A DNA stretch of 63,798 nt, filler included, from Perkinsus chesapeaki ATCC PRA-425 (taxonomy: Eukaryota > Protista > Perkinsozoa), in NCBI GenBank assembly GCA_013115145.1. It is 11 parts of 11 records of this genome, joined end to end, with 100 filler letters (N's around TTAATTAATTAA, not from the genome) between each part and the next. Parts side by side here need not be neighbours in the genome. Positions count along the whole stretch, not along the records: positions 1 to 3,911 come from JAAPAO010001346.1; positions 4,012 to 9,107 come from JAAPAO010001193.1; positions 9,208 to 10,931 come from JAAPAO010001810.1; positions 11,032 to 17,948 come from JAAPAO010001054.1; 7 more parts are not named here. The stretch is one strand, 5' to 3'. This document shows positions 1 to 12,042 of the stretch, piece after piece (positions within the stretch are counted from its first letter, which is position 1; the number at the start of each line of letters is the position of its first letter). The translations under genes and the position numbers were made by a program. The notes under the pieces are model-generated. The model was not told the origin of the DNA, did no database searches, and saw only the letters and a list, made by a program, of their open reading frames with translations.

Positions 1-2
1 AA

Positions 3-758
3 GATGGTATGTCTCGCGGTATTGAGTACTTCACCATCGAGAAGAACTCTGCTGCCGACATCTACTTCCATGCTCTATCCGGTCGGCAGCTCGCTCAGGT
101 TGTTAACTTCGAGTTCCCTAAAGGATGCCGTGCTAGCAATACAACTAAGTACTGCCTTTCCGCAGTGGTGGATATCGGCCTCGAAGGCTCCGTTTCTGTC
201 AAGGCTGGTATAACGTTTACGGAGCCAAGTCGTCCTGATTTCAGTGCTTACCTGAGGCTCTCGGTGACTCTCAAAAAGGATGCTAATGCTACCGTGTTGG
301 ATCTATTTTTCGAAGCTGGTGGCTGTGCTACGGTATTTCAGTATGGGGAGGGAGTTAGCGTCTCCGTCAATGTCTGCCTAAATGGCAACGCCGGTGGTAC
401 CGATCTCCTCCAGCCTGATAAGAGGACCTTCCGCGGTGAGGCTTCTATTACCGTGGTGTTCAGGGTGCAGCTGACGAAGCGTGTACGCTTTAACTGGACC
501 ATCGAGGGTTATGTGAACTGCACTGCTAAACCCAATAATGAAATCAGTGCCTACGGCAGAATCACTACAGGTATTGACCTTAAGGTTTCCAGTGCCCACG
601 TCGGTCTCGATATCCTTGGCAATACTGTAGACAACATTGCAAACAAGTGGGAGTTTGTCTCTAACGTACTCTTCAAAGCCCATATTGGGGTTTGGAAATT
701 CAAGAAAACCTGGGATAAGGCTTGGATACTCTGGCGCGCCGGTCCTGTCCTTTTCTAA
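3..758 (+). CDS. 5'-truncated hypothetical beta-strand-rich, probably secreted protein
   Basis: Frame open to the window edge, 249+ aa, host-like codon usage, alternating hydrophobic strands, several N-x-T sequons (NTT, NAT, NWT, NCT), 4 Cys. Confidence 0.7.
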   Translation, partial: DGMSRGIEYFTIEKNSAADIYFHALSGRQLAQVVNFEFPKGCRASNTTKYCLSAVVDIGLEGSVSVKAGITFTEPSRPDFSAYLRLSVTLKKDANATVLDLFFEAGGCATVFQYGEGVSVSVNVCLNGNAGGTDLLQPDKRTFRGEASITVVFRVQLTKRVRFNWTIEGYVNCTAKPNNEISAYGRITTGIDLKVSSAHVGLDILGNTVDNIANKWEFVSNVLFKAHIGVWKFKKTWDKAWILWRAGPVLF

Positions 759-3474
759 GCTATAAGTGTCTTGTATCATCGCATTGTGCGTTTTCACTAA
801 CCTTTCAGTGTTTATACAACTTCGAGCTTTTGCCGATGCATGTATGTACATAAAGTTCTGCCAACTTTCTTGATCCGCAGCGTTTTGATAGTGTATTATA
901 GTCTTGATGACCTTTGTAGCAACCCAGCCATTGCGTCGGGTGTACTAGAAAAGGTCTTTGTCCCTGATGCTTGTCTTTCTAAAGTGCCTGAGTGGCTTCT
1001 AACAGCTCATGAGCGTCCAGAACACTCTTGCAGTTTCGCATCTACAATCAACGTGTTGCGCTGGTTACAGCCTGTTTCTAATAGTAGCTGCAACCACGGT
1101 CATTGATTCGAGGTCGATTTCCCATTGAAAGTATGAGAGCGAACAGCTTGACAGCTGAACAAAGGACTTTCCCTTACTGGATTGTGTGAGACTATTAGAT
1201 GCAAGGTGGGGAAGCAACAGCATAATGCTGTCAGCATTAAGCCTGCTCTTGATAAGGGTAGTGGATCGCTGTCCTATTCCGTCACGCCCTCTCCATCGCC
1301 TCATACGTAGTCTGCGGACCTGAAGTTCAGGTCCTGAACAACAGTGATGCCCAACGTGATGTAGCACTGTTTCCCTCTTAACTTGGTTGACCTCGCATCA
1401 TCCGAGTCACATGCCCGTTATCGGCCTTCATCTTCGATGAAAGTGGGTCGCTTATCCTACATGGTCTCAAATCTCAACAGCGATTCACGGTCCGTGAATT
1501 TTTATGTGGTGTTGGTTAATGAACACTTGTACCGCTGCTCAGGATGCGACAATTTCTTTCTGTGCTAGGGAACAATGGCTAGAGTCGTTGAAGCGGGTGA
1601 TGAATCCTACCCTCATCAACACCGCTAGCGTCAGTTCTCTGTTACTTCCGCATCGGGGGTGATATGAAGTGAAATAGGATTATCCGAAGGGGTGTCTTCT
1701 TCACCTATTATTCGGCAACTGTTACGAACAAAAATCCGGACTAATCCGCTCCTGGACGATAGGTTCTCGCTCACGTACGCAGGCGCACCGATCTCGGTGT
1801 GATACCGACGATGTCACGTAGTGTGACTATCACGTTTAATTGGAATAATACCACAGCGAAAGTCGATGCTGCCATTCTAGCAAGGGTTTGTCATCTGTCC
1901 TCAAAGACATAACGGAGCTGAGACGTGATATCCATAATTCGGTACACCCAAGCTCAGTTGTGGACATCAACCATGTACAAGGACTGCTATTTGGAAAGGA
2001 AGAACTCAGAGTAGCTTTTGAGTACGGTTGCTACTGCTGTCTCTCATCCATGTAGCTCGCCTTGGAGATATCTTTTGTCGGAACGAAGCTTGACGGATCT
2101 CCGCTACATAGGCAATCTTCTTCTATAATCAATAGAAAGGCTTTCTTATGGTGCTCAGCACTGTGAAAGCCGCAGACCTCACTGCTTGACAGCTTCAGAC
2201 GCGCAAACGTTTTACGGTAAAACAGTTAAGCTTGCGCGCCAAAGCTGATTCCAGTTGATAATATGGTTCGCCTGTCGGCCACACGACCTCGCCGCCCCTA
2301 ACTCTTCGTTTCATCATGCAGTTAAGCCCCAAGTAGTAGGCTGCTGCTTAAGTATGAAGATTCGTTATTTAAGATTCACAATACTATAAGAGACTCCATC
2401 GTACCACATGCTCCAATCTTCAGGGAGCGTCCGGGCAAAATTCCAAGAAGGTACTTCCAAGTTTCACGTCGAAGGGCCAGGAGACGAGCGATGTGCGTCC
2501 CGGTCGCCGGACCCCGGTGATTGGGTAAACATGGAAGTGGTGTATGCGTATGACAAATGTAACTTAGCGTTATTTCGATTTGCAACTTCGCCCGCGACAG
2601 ACTCGGTTACCCCGAGACATTCTCATCTACTTGGCTACTGAAGTCGATTATAGCAGACGTCTTCATGGGACAACTGCATTCTCGATACCAAGAGTAGTCG
2701 AACGCTTTTGTGACAGTGACCATCATTTGGAGTTTACAATTCTAAACTAATCAAATACCAAGATTTCCATTTCTGAACGTAAGATACTAAATGTTAAACA
2801 GGCTATCTTTAAAGCTATATTCGTAACTAATCAAGCCCGTAAGAAGAACATTACTCGGCTACAAGTCTGACGGTGGACTTCTATACTTTCAAGTAGCTAA
2901 GCTGTCGTCCCGTGATTGCTCCACCGGTCACCGCGTTTCTTGTTCATCATACGGTGCGTCGTCTCCAATTTTCGTCCAATTTGCGCGGTGCAGCTTCGCC
3001 CAAACCTAGCAACCCAAGTGAGCCGGTTGTGATGGAAGGCATGTGTCCTAACTCAACTCAATCTAGTTCGCACGCGACGGGGACAGGAAGGTACTCTGTC
3101 TCCAAACCGAATCCGCAGTGCTTCTCGCATGGCTTAGGCGCTCAATCGGCGGCTTCTGTGATTCCTACGATAATGCCTGCGATCACCTTGGCCAGAGGAC
3201 TGCCTTACTGTGGGCCTTAATTAATCATTTCGTGCGTTGAAGGTTTCCATATGGAATCTGAACTAGTCCCCATCTCGGTCACGCACGCAAGCGCATCGGA
3301 TTTGGTATCAAGAATCCCGGTGACTCACCAGTGGTGAGGATGACTGAGTACACTCTGAGTTGGTGCCAGCGATTAAATTGGGCTCTGCTTCTCATCTAAG
3401 GTGAATCACCTTTCTTATAACTACTGAATCCATGCGTTCAGCTTGTCCTCTACGCTTTTGTCGCTGACTTCACC

Positions 3475-3510
3475 CCGACAACTTGGTCCGACAACTTGGT
3501 CCGACAACTT
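3475..3510 (+). repeat. 13-bp tandem repeat CCGACAACTTGGT, about 2.7 copies
   Basis: Seen directly. Confidence 0.85.
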
Positions 3511-3728
3511 TGAGCTTCCGATGGGGATCTTGACTAAGCTACGTGAGTCTGCGTATCTAACTCACTAGCGGCTGTAAAAGCGCTCGCTTTTTCCATACTT
3601 GGTTCCTCTCTGTCTTATTGTCGTCCTGTATTGGGTAGAGCCATGCCCTGATTAAACCACCACCACCAACCGTCTCCTTTCAGTTCTTATTTGGTTTTAA
3701 TAAGTATTTTCAACAATCTTGTTACATA

Positions 3729-3911
3729 ATGCTCCTTAAACTTCTACTCTATATGGTGGCTGCGCCTATCCTAAGCGCTTTTGGTGGGTCAACCAACATA
3801 CGCATGAAGGTCACCACCAACAACTATTGCAACCGTGATCTGGTTGATGCCGACGGCAACCCTGCACCTTGTGGTATTTCCCAATCAATGGAGACTTATG
3901 GCCTGACCCTT
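3729..3911 (+). CDS. 3'-truncated putative secreted protein (signal peptide MLLKLLLYMVAAPILSAFGG)
   Basis: ATG after an AT-rich leader, hydrophobic N-terminus, frame open to the contig end. Confidence 0.5.
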
Positions 3912-4011
3912 NNNNNNNNNNNNNNNNNNNNNNNNNNNNNNNNNNNNNNNNNNNNTTAATTAATTAANNNNNNNNNNNNNNNNNNNNNNNNNNNNNNNNN
4001 NNNNNNNNNNN
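3912..4011. other. Artificial contig spacer (44N-TTAATTAATTAA-44N); same spacer at 9108-9207, 10932-11031, 17949-18048, 45681-45780, 48417-48516, 51832-51931, 57181-57280, 58978-59077, 62570-62669
   Basis: Identical 100-bp construct with six-frame stop linker occurs 10 times. Confidence 0.98.
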
Positions 4012-4332
4012 CACAACTGTGAGCAGTAACATTGTAGGCATTACGAAATGGCCAGCATTTTCCCACTTCATGAAACTTTTGTCGGCAGGGGCTAGCCAAA
4101 CTCTTAAGGCTTCACCATAAAAGAAGGCACAACCTCAAACCAGAAATGATACACCATCCACAACTGTGAGCAATAAAATTGTAGGCATAAAATTGTAGGC
4201 ATTGTACCACTTTTTGGCGCAGTTCGGACCACCGGGCCCTTGTCACTATTTTGCACGCGCGCCCGACTAATCGATTCCCTTGCATTTCCCACACGCTTAA
4301 GGGGGACGCGCGCCGCAAAAATACCAGCGCTC

Positions 4333-4400
4333 GCCGCTAAACTCCTTACTTTGCCGCTAAACTCCTGACTTTGCCGCTAAACTCCTGATTTTGCCGCTAA
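4333..4400 (+). repeat. 20-bp tandem repeat GCCGCTAAACTCCTGACTTT, about 3.5 copies
   Basis: GCCGCTAA at 4333, 4353, 4373, 4393. Confidence 0.9.
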
Positions 4401-4494
4401 TATCTGTATGCCCTTTTCCAACTCTATGGCATCTCCCGTTTCTCGTACAACCATTCTACACATGGATCTCCGATACTCTACGACTCACCAGTCG

Positions 4495-4900
4495 TACTTG
4501 GACGAATCTTGCGACCTCCGAATAGACGGACTAGTAGGTTCCAGATGCCCCCCGGTGATACTGGGTTGGGATTACATTAGAGTCTCGGGCGGTTCTGTTC
4601 GGGACTTGCACGAATCTTGCGACCTCCGATTAGACGGACTCATAGGTTCCGAATGCCCCCCGGTGATACTGGGTTGGGGTTACATTAGAGTCTCGGGCGG
4701 TTCTGTTCGGGACTTGCACGAATCTTGCGACCTCCGATTAGACGGACTGATAGGTTCCGAATGCCCCCCGGTGATACTGGGTTGGGGTTACATTAGAGTC
4801 TCGAGCGGTTGTGTTCGGGACTTGGACGAATCTTGCGCCTTCCGAATAGACGGACTGATCGGTTCCGAATGCCCCCCGGTGATACTGGGTTGGGATAGAT
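4495..4900 (+). repeat. 108-bp tandem repeat, about 3.8 copies
   Basis: CGAATCTTGCG at 4503, 4611, 4719, 4827; gives a 36-aa repeat in ORF 4408-4902. Confidence 0.92.
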
Positions 4901-6705
4901 AATCCTTATTACTGTAGATAATGGATACTGGGTAGATAATCCTTATTGTTTAGTGAGTGTCTAATGTGATAATTCTGTGGAGTCTGCTGCTCAAGCTCTC
5001 GCTGCACCTATTTAGCTTCAATTATCAAGATTCAGCGAGCATTGGTTCCCATCGCTACTCGCAGAGTCCTGTTTAGACATAGTCGCACACAGAGTTGCTA
5101 CATTTTATAACGAGGCTTAAATGCCTTGTTAGCGAGTCGCTAACGAGATTTCGACGTGTACTCCTTCAGAGTTTTCATTCCTCATCTTCAAGGCTAGATG
5201 AATTGCTGGACGGTCATCTAAGCAGCACTCGTGGGGCAAACTCCAGCCCGGTAACATGTTCCACTTCCGATGTTCGTTTGTCATTGCTTTCAGGTGACCT
5301 CTCCCAAACGGGTGTACAGGAGCCCTCCCAGTAGGCCTCTGTCAGCGCGGGGTAAAAGCTCCCATGAAGACGGTATGAGTGTCTCAGCCAGCTCGTCAGC
5401 ATTGAGGGGAAGGGAAGTTGGTTCGCTCTCAATTGTAGGAGAAAGGTCGTCATGACGGCCTATTTTTCACGTTTCAGGCCGAACCGAGAAGTCCTAGAAA
5501 AGTTGCATAACTCTGATGTGTGCATTTGCTTTGTATTGGATGTTGTCGAGTTTGGCAGTCTGGAAGGAGCCATTTGCTTGATAATGTACGTACGATAGCT
5601 CAAGCCGTAAAGCGTAATTATCAATCATGGCACTTCACTGTGCAAACAGCCGCGCTAGGGGTTGATGATTCAATGCGCACATCTTGCGATATTTTAATAC
5701 CTTTTTTATGACATTCCTTGACTTCGGAGAGATTGAAGGGATTTGAATGTTCACACTTTTGACCTTTGGGCTTTTCGTTGACCGGATGGACGCCACACTC
5801 TACGATGTACTATCAGCCTTGAACAAGTTGCTGAACATTTTGGAACTCAACTCCGAACGACACATCGCTACAGTGATTCAACGATCAGAAAAGCACTAGT
5901 CCGTTTCCGCTAAACTCGGAGCGATCATAAAAATACCGCTAAGCCTGACCACACGGATAGCTAGATGCCTCGCAGTTACTTGGGCAATTGTAGAATAAAC
6001 AACTCAACAAGAGCCGTTTAAAGGTGGTTCTAATAAAGTTTTAATACATACAATAATAGTGGTTGCGCTAGGCTAAGGAAAAGGAGACAGCGCGCACAAT
6101 AAAAGATACCAATTGTGTGCACATTTCATCACAGCAATGAATACTCCGAAAGCGACTTGAACCAAACAATGGCTTTACGTCACGAATCTGATTATCATGA
6201 TGATTTACATGCCCAACTGAGTCAGAAAAGAAAGATTGCTTCCCCGGCGCTCTTCCCGTTGCGCCTTGCCTGAGAGCAGACTGGCTTTACAGTGACATGC
6301 GAGCATTACTTTCATACTGGACTAGCGATTTGGTCGGAGAAGGCCTCGCTGCCTCCTTTTGTAAGAGAGCTTCGTCTCGGAGGGCTATGATCCTCCGCAA
6401 AAAGCGTTCCCTCAACCCCAAAAGGAAGGCCTTGCTGGCTGTTCTGATATACCAGCCGTGGGATTCGAACCAGGGTCTTCTGGTGCCCACGTAAGGATTC
6501 TGATAGTCCTCTGCCAAAGCTTGTCACTGTTCTGTGGTAGCTCCCTCAACAGGCGAGCTTTGATCTTGACTGGAGGCTCCACGTTGAATCACACAGCCAA
6601 GCACTTCGTTTGAATCTAAGGGTATGCCATACCCGGTATGGAGTTATGCCGTCCACTAATATAGTATCCTTGTGGAATTGGGGTTTTTTGGCTTTTTCCT
6701 GTTTA

Positions 6706-7050
6706 ACAGTTCGGGTTTTGGGTTTACCTGTATCACAGTTCGGGTTTTGGGTTTACCTGTATCACAGTTCGGGTTTTGGGTTTACCTGTATCACAGTTCG
6801 GGTTTCTGGTTTACCTGTATAACAGTTCGGGTGTTCGGGGTTTACCTGTTTCTGGGTTTTTATCGGACAGTCAAGGTTATTATCGGGCAGTGTGGGTTTC
6901 TTTCTTTGTGCTTTTCTACGGTTATTATCCGGGATTGGAGTTGTAAGTTACAACTTGTAACGGTAATTGCACTCCTTCGGGTTTCTGGTTGCCTTGCACT
7001 CCTTCTGGTTTCTGGTTAACTTGTATTCCTTCGGGTTTCTGGTTAACTTG
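6706..7050 (+). repeat. 29-bp satellite ACAGTTCGGGTTTTGGGTTTACCTGTATC, 5 copies, then a degenerate GGGTTT-rich tail
   Basis: ACAGTTCGGG at 6706, 6735, 6764, 6793, 6822. Confidence 0.9.
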
Positions 7051-10000
7051 TATTACCCCGAAATAGCCGTTTCATCATCTCCCATTAACACAACAAGTAT
7101 AACGAAAATGAGTCGTGTCACTCGGCTTATGAGAACTGCCCATCGGTTGGCTTGGCATGTCAATTACAACTTCACAGCATCTAGCATCTGCCAAAGAACT
7201 TCCGACGACTAGAGAGTATGCGAGCGATTTGACTTACGTTTTATCCTCTCGACGGTGGAGTCTGAGGCTATTCAGCTCAATGAACATACTTCACACAACA
7301 ATGTTGTGACAACATTGAATTTCACCGCATCTACTGTAGCACCTGCAACTGTCGAGCAGGAGTGCGCGACTAGAGCGACTTACGTTTTAGTCATTCAGTG
7401 AATGCAATTCACACATTACCCCGCTTAGAACAGGATGCGATCGTCACTGCGCATTGCGTCAGAAACGCTACGTATTAGTGCCCTTCCCATTTTTCGCGAA
7501 CGTTTCTGGTACCACTCTCTGGGTGGTAACGCGCTCCCATCTCGGCGCTCATAGCGGAAAGCCCGTTTCTCTTCTATGGTTAACCATGACATTTTTCTGA
7601 GCGGGACGTATCTGCGGGGACTTGGCCGCGTCATCTTCGCGCAAGCCACAAATTTTTCTACTTCTGGCCACATTTTTTCTTCCCTGGCCACTTTCTTTCT
7701 TTCGTGGCCACAAATTGTCTTGCTTTCTAATCTCCCTGGGGAGGAGTTAAGGATGACGTTCGAGTTCAATTCGACCCTGGACATGTCCAGGGGTACTCAG
7801 ATCAGTTCCCCATTCCCTGATATTGCCTGCCAGATTCCACCTGCACTCCGACGTGATCTCGAACGGCTCCAACGCTAACCTTCAAAGCCCAATCCCCAGC
7901 GAAACACGTATAATACTTGACTTCTGTTTACTTGTATTTGCGGCCATCCATGACCTGGATTCCATCAAGAGGATGCCAGTTTAGCCCATCGATATTCGGG
8001 TCACACGCACATTTCCTCAACAGAGAAATATCCCTGTACGTCAGACCTGGGTAAGCAAGACACCTTAATAAATCACCTTTCTACTATAGAGTTTATACCT
8101 ATTGCTCCAGGATTGACGTTGTTCCTGAAATATGCGTGCCCGTCCAATTTTCGGCGGAGTGCCCTCTGACATCGAAAGGCCCTTGGCACTGAAGCTTTGT
8201 ACAAGTGAGTCTAATGTTGTCGATTCTCGATTACTCTTTCTTGTCAGTCCCTATGAAAAACCCAAATGGCACTAGTTGTTGGAACCGAGTTAGTTCACAT
8301 TTTTACAGGATGAAGCCAAGAGTGTTAGGAGGAGATTCCGCCTCGGACAGTTGCTCGGATATAACTGAGCATAATAGCCGTGCGGGCATGGTGGGCTTTG
8401 TGAAGGGTGCGCTAAGGTAGATGGGCTGTTGGATTAGAGTAGTAGATGGGGAGCTAATGCTGCTTCGGTGGTCAAGACATTATTATGGCTTCAAGCGAAT
8501 GCTACATTTGCCGTCAACCAGTTAAACTAATTGCTAAGTTGGGCCGTAGAGCTCTGCCGCGGACGACCAGTACGACCAGTGCAGTGAGCCGCCAGGTGTC
8601 GGGTATGAGCACCGACAACTACCCGGCGGAGATGGTGGGGCCGGATCAACTTTATCATCTTCAAAGTCGCCAGATGGGGTTTATGGAACCCTCCGAGTCG
8701 ACCAATTGCGCACATCTTGTCTTCAATCCCGGCGACGTGCCGGCTCCACAGTTAATGGGGACAGCTGCGGTGGCTCATGAGGCATCCCAGCTCTGGTGAT
8801 ATGGAGAGAAGCCACCTGTGAGAGAGGACCCCTCTGTAAGGGATTGTGAGAGGAAGCCACCGGGAATGGAACCGAATCCTCCCGACATGTGACAGAAGCC
8901 GCTAGCCAACTCGGCTAACCGCCTTGCAATGCTAGGCTAACAACAACCTCACATGCTGGAAACTGAGACCATTTGTGACTTGCCGCCTCTACCAGGATTT
9001 CTCGGCGTTATGGATCGTATCAGTTCGTAAAGGAACTATGCGCGGTGATTTCGCTTGAATAAAATGGGATTTTCACGTGGTCGTGATTGTATCACGATGA
9101 TACCTTCNNNNNNNNNNNNNNNNNNNNNNNNNNNNNNNNNNNNNNNNNNNNTTAATTAATTAANNNNNNNNNNNNNNNNNNNNNNNNNNNNNNNNNNNNN
9201 NNNNNNNAATCAGTCGAATTCCTCAGTCCATGGATAACACCCACCAGGTTCGCTGAACATTTCGAAGGAGGGCTGACTGAGTGTTTGAATTTGGATCAAT
9301 AGTCGTTCCGTTGATTCTCGAAACCTTATGAATCACTATCGCATCAGTCGGTTGGGTGTAGGGGTGAGGACCAGTGGCTTAGCAGATGTCCCACCGAGCC
9401 ACGGTCACGGGATGCGCTCCGTGACTTTAAGTATATAAACTGCCATTGGACTATAAACCAACAAAGGAGCGTCCCGTCACCCAACCCACTTGAAAAAAAA
9501 TTTATCAAACATGACATGCGAATTCAACACTTGACTTGAACGGGCTCCAGCTAAGTAAGTACCTCAAGTACCCAGTGGGCGCGCGCGCCCACTCTCGAAT
9601 CACCTACCCGCCTATTGACTCTGGCCTCTAACGGGACTTTCTATGATAGCCCATTTCAATCGAGGCGTCCTCGACGAGCAAGTTCTCCGTCCGTTTTCTC
9701 ACTGATCGACTACGGCTGATCGACGGGAGTGATATAACCTCAATGGCCCCGCCACATGTTGCAGCAGTCGTCGCTCTATTGGTTTCTTTAGGACTGGAAG
9801 GTCAGGATACAACTGATACCGCTGCTAAGGCTGGAAGGAAGGTCTCGGTTCCGGTATACCTCTGCTGGATGCCAGAGTATCATTAACGCCATCGTTCAAT
9901 ATGAAGGATGAGTGACAAGTTCTGAGTCAGAACTTCTGACACACGTTCTCGACAGTTCGTGAGCTTCGCTGGCTCATATTCTTTGAGCAATGCGTTGATT

Positions 10001-10548
10001 ACAAGAAAGTCAAACCACACAAAGTTAACTCGCCCCTTGGGCAAGTGAGTGGATTTGTGTATACTTCACTATCGTAATGAGCGTATATGGTAACCCTTTT
10101 ATATTTTGCTATCATCCAAGTACAGTTGTTGTGTTCTCCTAGTACCCGTCAGCGATAACCCCGCTCAGCGAGGCGTAATCACCTCTACCAATTGCCGATA
10201 TGCTCATAGTTCAACTGGTGAATTATCATGCCTGTTCAGTCTCAACAGACGGTTCGTTGAACTTCGTGGATTCTACTCTCTGTCGTCCCTTCAAGATACG
10301 CTTGAGCTACATATCGGAACTACCGTATCATTTCTAATCATCTGTACAGGTTTGGTCGTCATCATCAAAGACCTTCATTGCATTCGTTATCGAATGTTGC
10401 GTTCTGTTTCGGGCGATTATTGCGTCATAGATATGCACGCTAACACAAAATGGGACAAAGTACAGAATCTTATCATCTCTCCTCCCCATAAGATTGTCAT
10501 CATCATCAGAATGAATCATAAAAAATGCATAAATATACTAAATTATCA

Positions 10549-10931
10549 TTAATTACTGCTATAATATCTTCTCCCTGTACCTGGAGTCTTGAACTGTGCC
10601 ATCAGATAGGATATACTGTAGGTAGAATCATCAAGTGCTTGCTGTACTTGTAGAGGACCTTCCCACGAGGGCGTCAGGGGATCAGCATTGCGGACCCATT
10701 CCATCACAGAGTCACCAACTTGGAGAGTGCGTCGTCGTGATACTTGTCGAGAATATGTTGCTGGATCAACACGAGAGATAGCATCAGCGCGCAGCTTTTC
10801 CATCATGTTGAGGGTGCTGTCAATCATCTTCTGACGTTCACGAACACGGCCGCCGTGTCACGGCGGCGAGCTTCAGAGCGGACACTGTCTTCATCGATGG
10901 CGTCGTTGACATCCTCGAACCTTCGATTGAA
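10549..10931 (-). mobile_element. Degenerate LTR-retrotransposon integrase C-terminal remnant (Ty3/Gypsy-like)
   Basis: LQVGDSVMEWVRNADPLTPSWEGPLQVQQALDDSTYSI matches the GPY/F-type C-terminal module; frameshifted upstream and cut by the contig end. Confidence 0.7.
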
Positions 10932-11031
10932 NNNNNNNNNNNNNNNNNNNNNNNNNNNNNNNNNNNNNNNNNNNNTTAATTAATTAANNNNNNNNNNNNN
11001 NNNNNNNNNNNNNNNNNNNNNNNNNNNNNNN

Positions 11032-12042
11032 TCGAGCCAAGTCTTGCAGTATGATCCAGATTCGGAGTCATGACAGGAAGAGAACTGATCGCAAAGCTCC
11101 ATGCATCCGATAACAACTTCCGGGGTAGTATCCATTGGAGGCTCGGTAGTATTAAAGCTGCCACACGAGACTGGTTCACCTTCACAATCCTCAGTCGAAG
11201 AGTAACAGTAACCGGTAACATTCGAGGAAATTCCGAAGCAAACAGAAGGTGATAACCAACTCTTGCAATATGACCCTGACTCTGAATCGCGGCAAGCAGA
11301 GAACTGGTTACAGAGCTCCATACACTCATCAGCAGGCGTCTCAGTGGTTTCGTAAGGAGCCTCAGTGGTTTCGTAAGGAGCCTCAGTGGTTTCGTAAGGA
11401 GCCTCAGTGGTTTCGTAAGGAGCCTCNNNNNNNNNNNNNNNNNNNNNNNNNNNNNNNNNNNNNNNNNNNNNNNNNNNNNNNNNNNNNNNNNNNNNNNNNN
11501 NNNNNNNNNNNNNNNNNNNNNNCCTCAGTCGTCTCATAAGGAGCCTCAGTCGTCTCATAAGGAGCCTCAGTCGTCTCATAAGGAGCCTCAGTCGTCTCAT
11601 AAGGAGCCTCAGTCGTCTCAATAGGGGCTTCGGAGCAGGACAAAGGTTCCCCTTCACATGAGCCATCTTCGCTGTCATAACACAGAGACTCGTCAGCTCC
11701 TACTTTGATACCAAAGCAAACGGGTGGATCAGCCCAGGTTTTGCAATATGATCCCGAGTCGGAGCTCACACAAGAATCAATGCTGTTACAAGCATTCGTG
11801 CAACGAATAGTTGTAGCATTCCCGCAGGATACCGGGGTCAACACAGTGTCGTCACAATCTGGATCAACACCATAGAAGCACGTCGAGGAGTTTTTGTGGT
11901 AAAGTCCGTAGCAGAAACCATTCTCCTTGCAGTAAGAGATGTCGCAGCTTGTGGTGTTGCCACATACACCCGTGCACACGTCTGTCGCTTCATAGATTTG
12001 AAAGAAGATTGAGGCGAGAGCAACGATGCGGTGCAGAAACAT
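11032..12042 (-). CDS. Secreted Cys-rich-domain / ETTEAPY mucin-like protein, copy 1 (3' truncated, internal gap)
   Basis: Signal peptide MFLHRIVALASIFFQIYEA; repeated 8-Cys domains with SYCK.W..P.VCFG; 7-aa repeats; ORFs 11404-12042 and 10980-11678 join across the N gap. Confidence 0.88.
11333..11620 (-). repeat. 21-bp coding tandem repeat (ETTEAPY / ETTEAPY variants), contains an assembly gap
   Basis: GAGCCTCAGTCGTCTCATAAG / GAGCCTCAGTGGTTTCGTAAG units. Confidence 0.92.

Noticed and set aside
2234-2243. E2F-like GCGCGCCAAA motifs (also about 12159 and 47460)
   Set aside because: Short motif, few copies, no consistent position relative to gene starts
760-3700. Scattered exon-like frames (for example 1930-2010 and 2408-2641)
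   Set aside because: No recognisable motif or consistent spliced model
4495-7050. Regular repeats (108 bp, 29 bp, and the 31-bp and 26-bp arrays elsewhere) as CRISPR arrays
   Set aside because: Head-to-tail units with no unique spacers, no cas genes, eukaryotic context
5000-9107. Possible degenerate transposon ORFs (6287-6517, 8485-8799)
   Set aside because: Short, stop-riddled, no diagnostic RT, integrase or transposase motif
10980-11031. ORF starts or ends running into N runs and linkers (MTAKM..., ...LIN)
   Set aside because: Artefacts of translating across gaps and spacers
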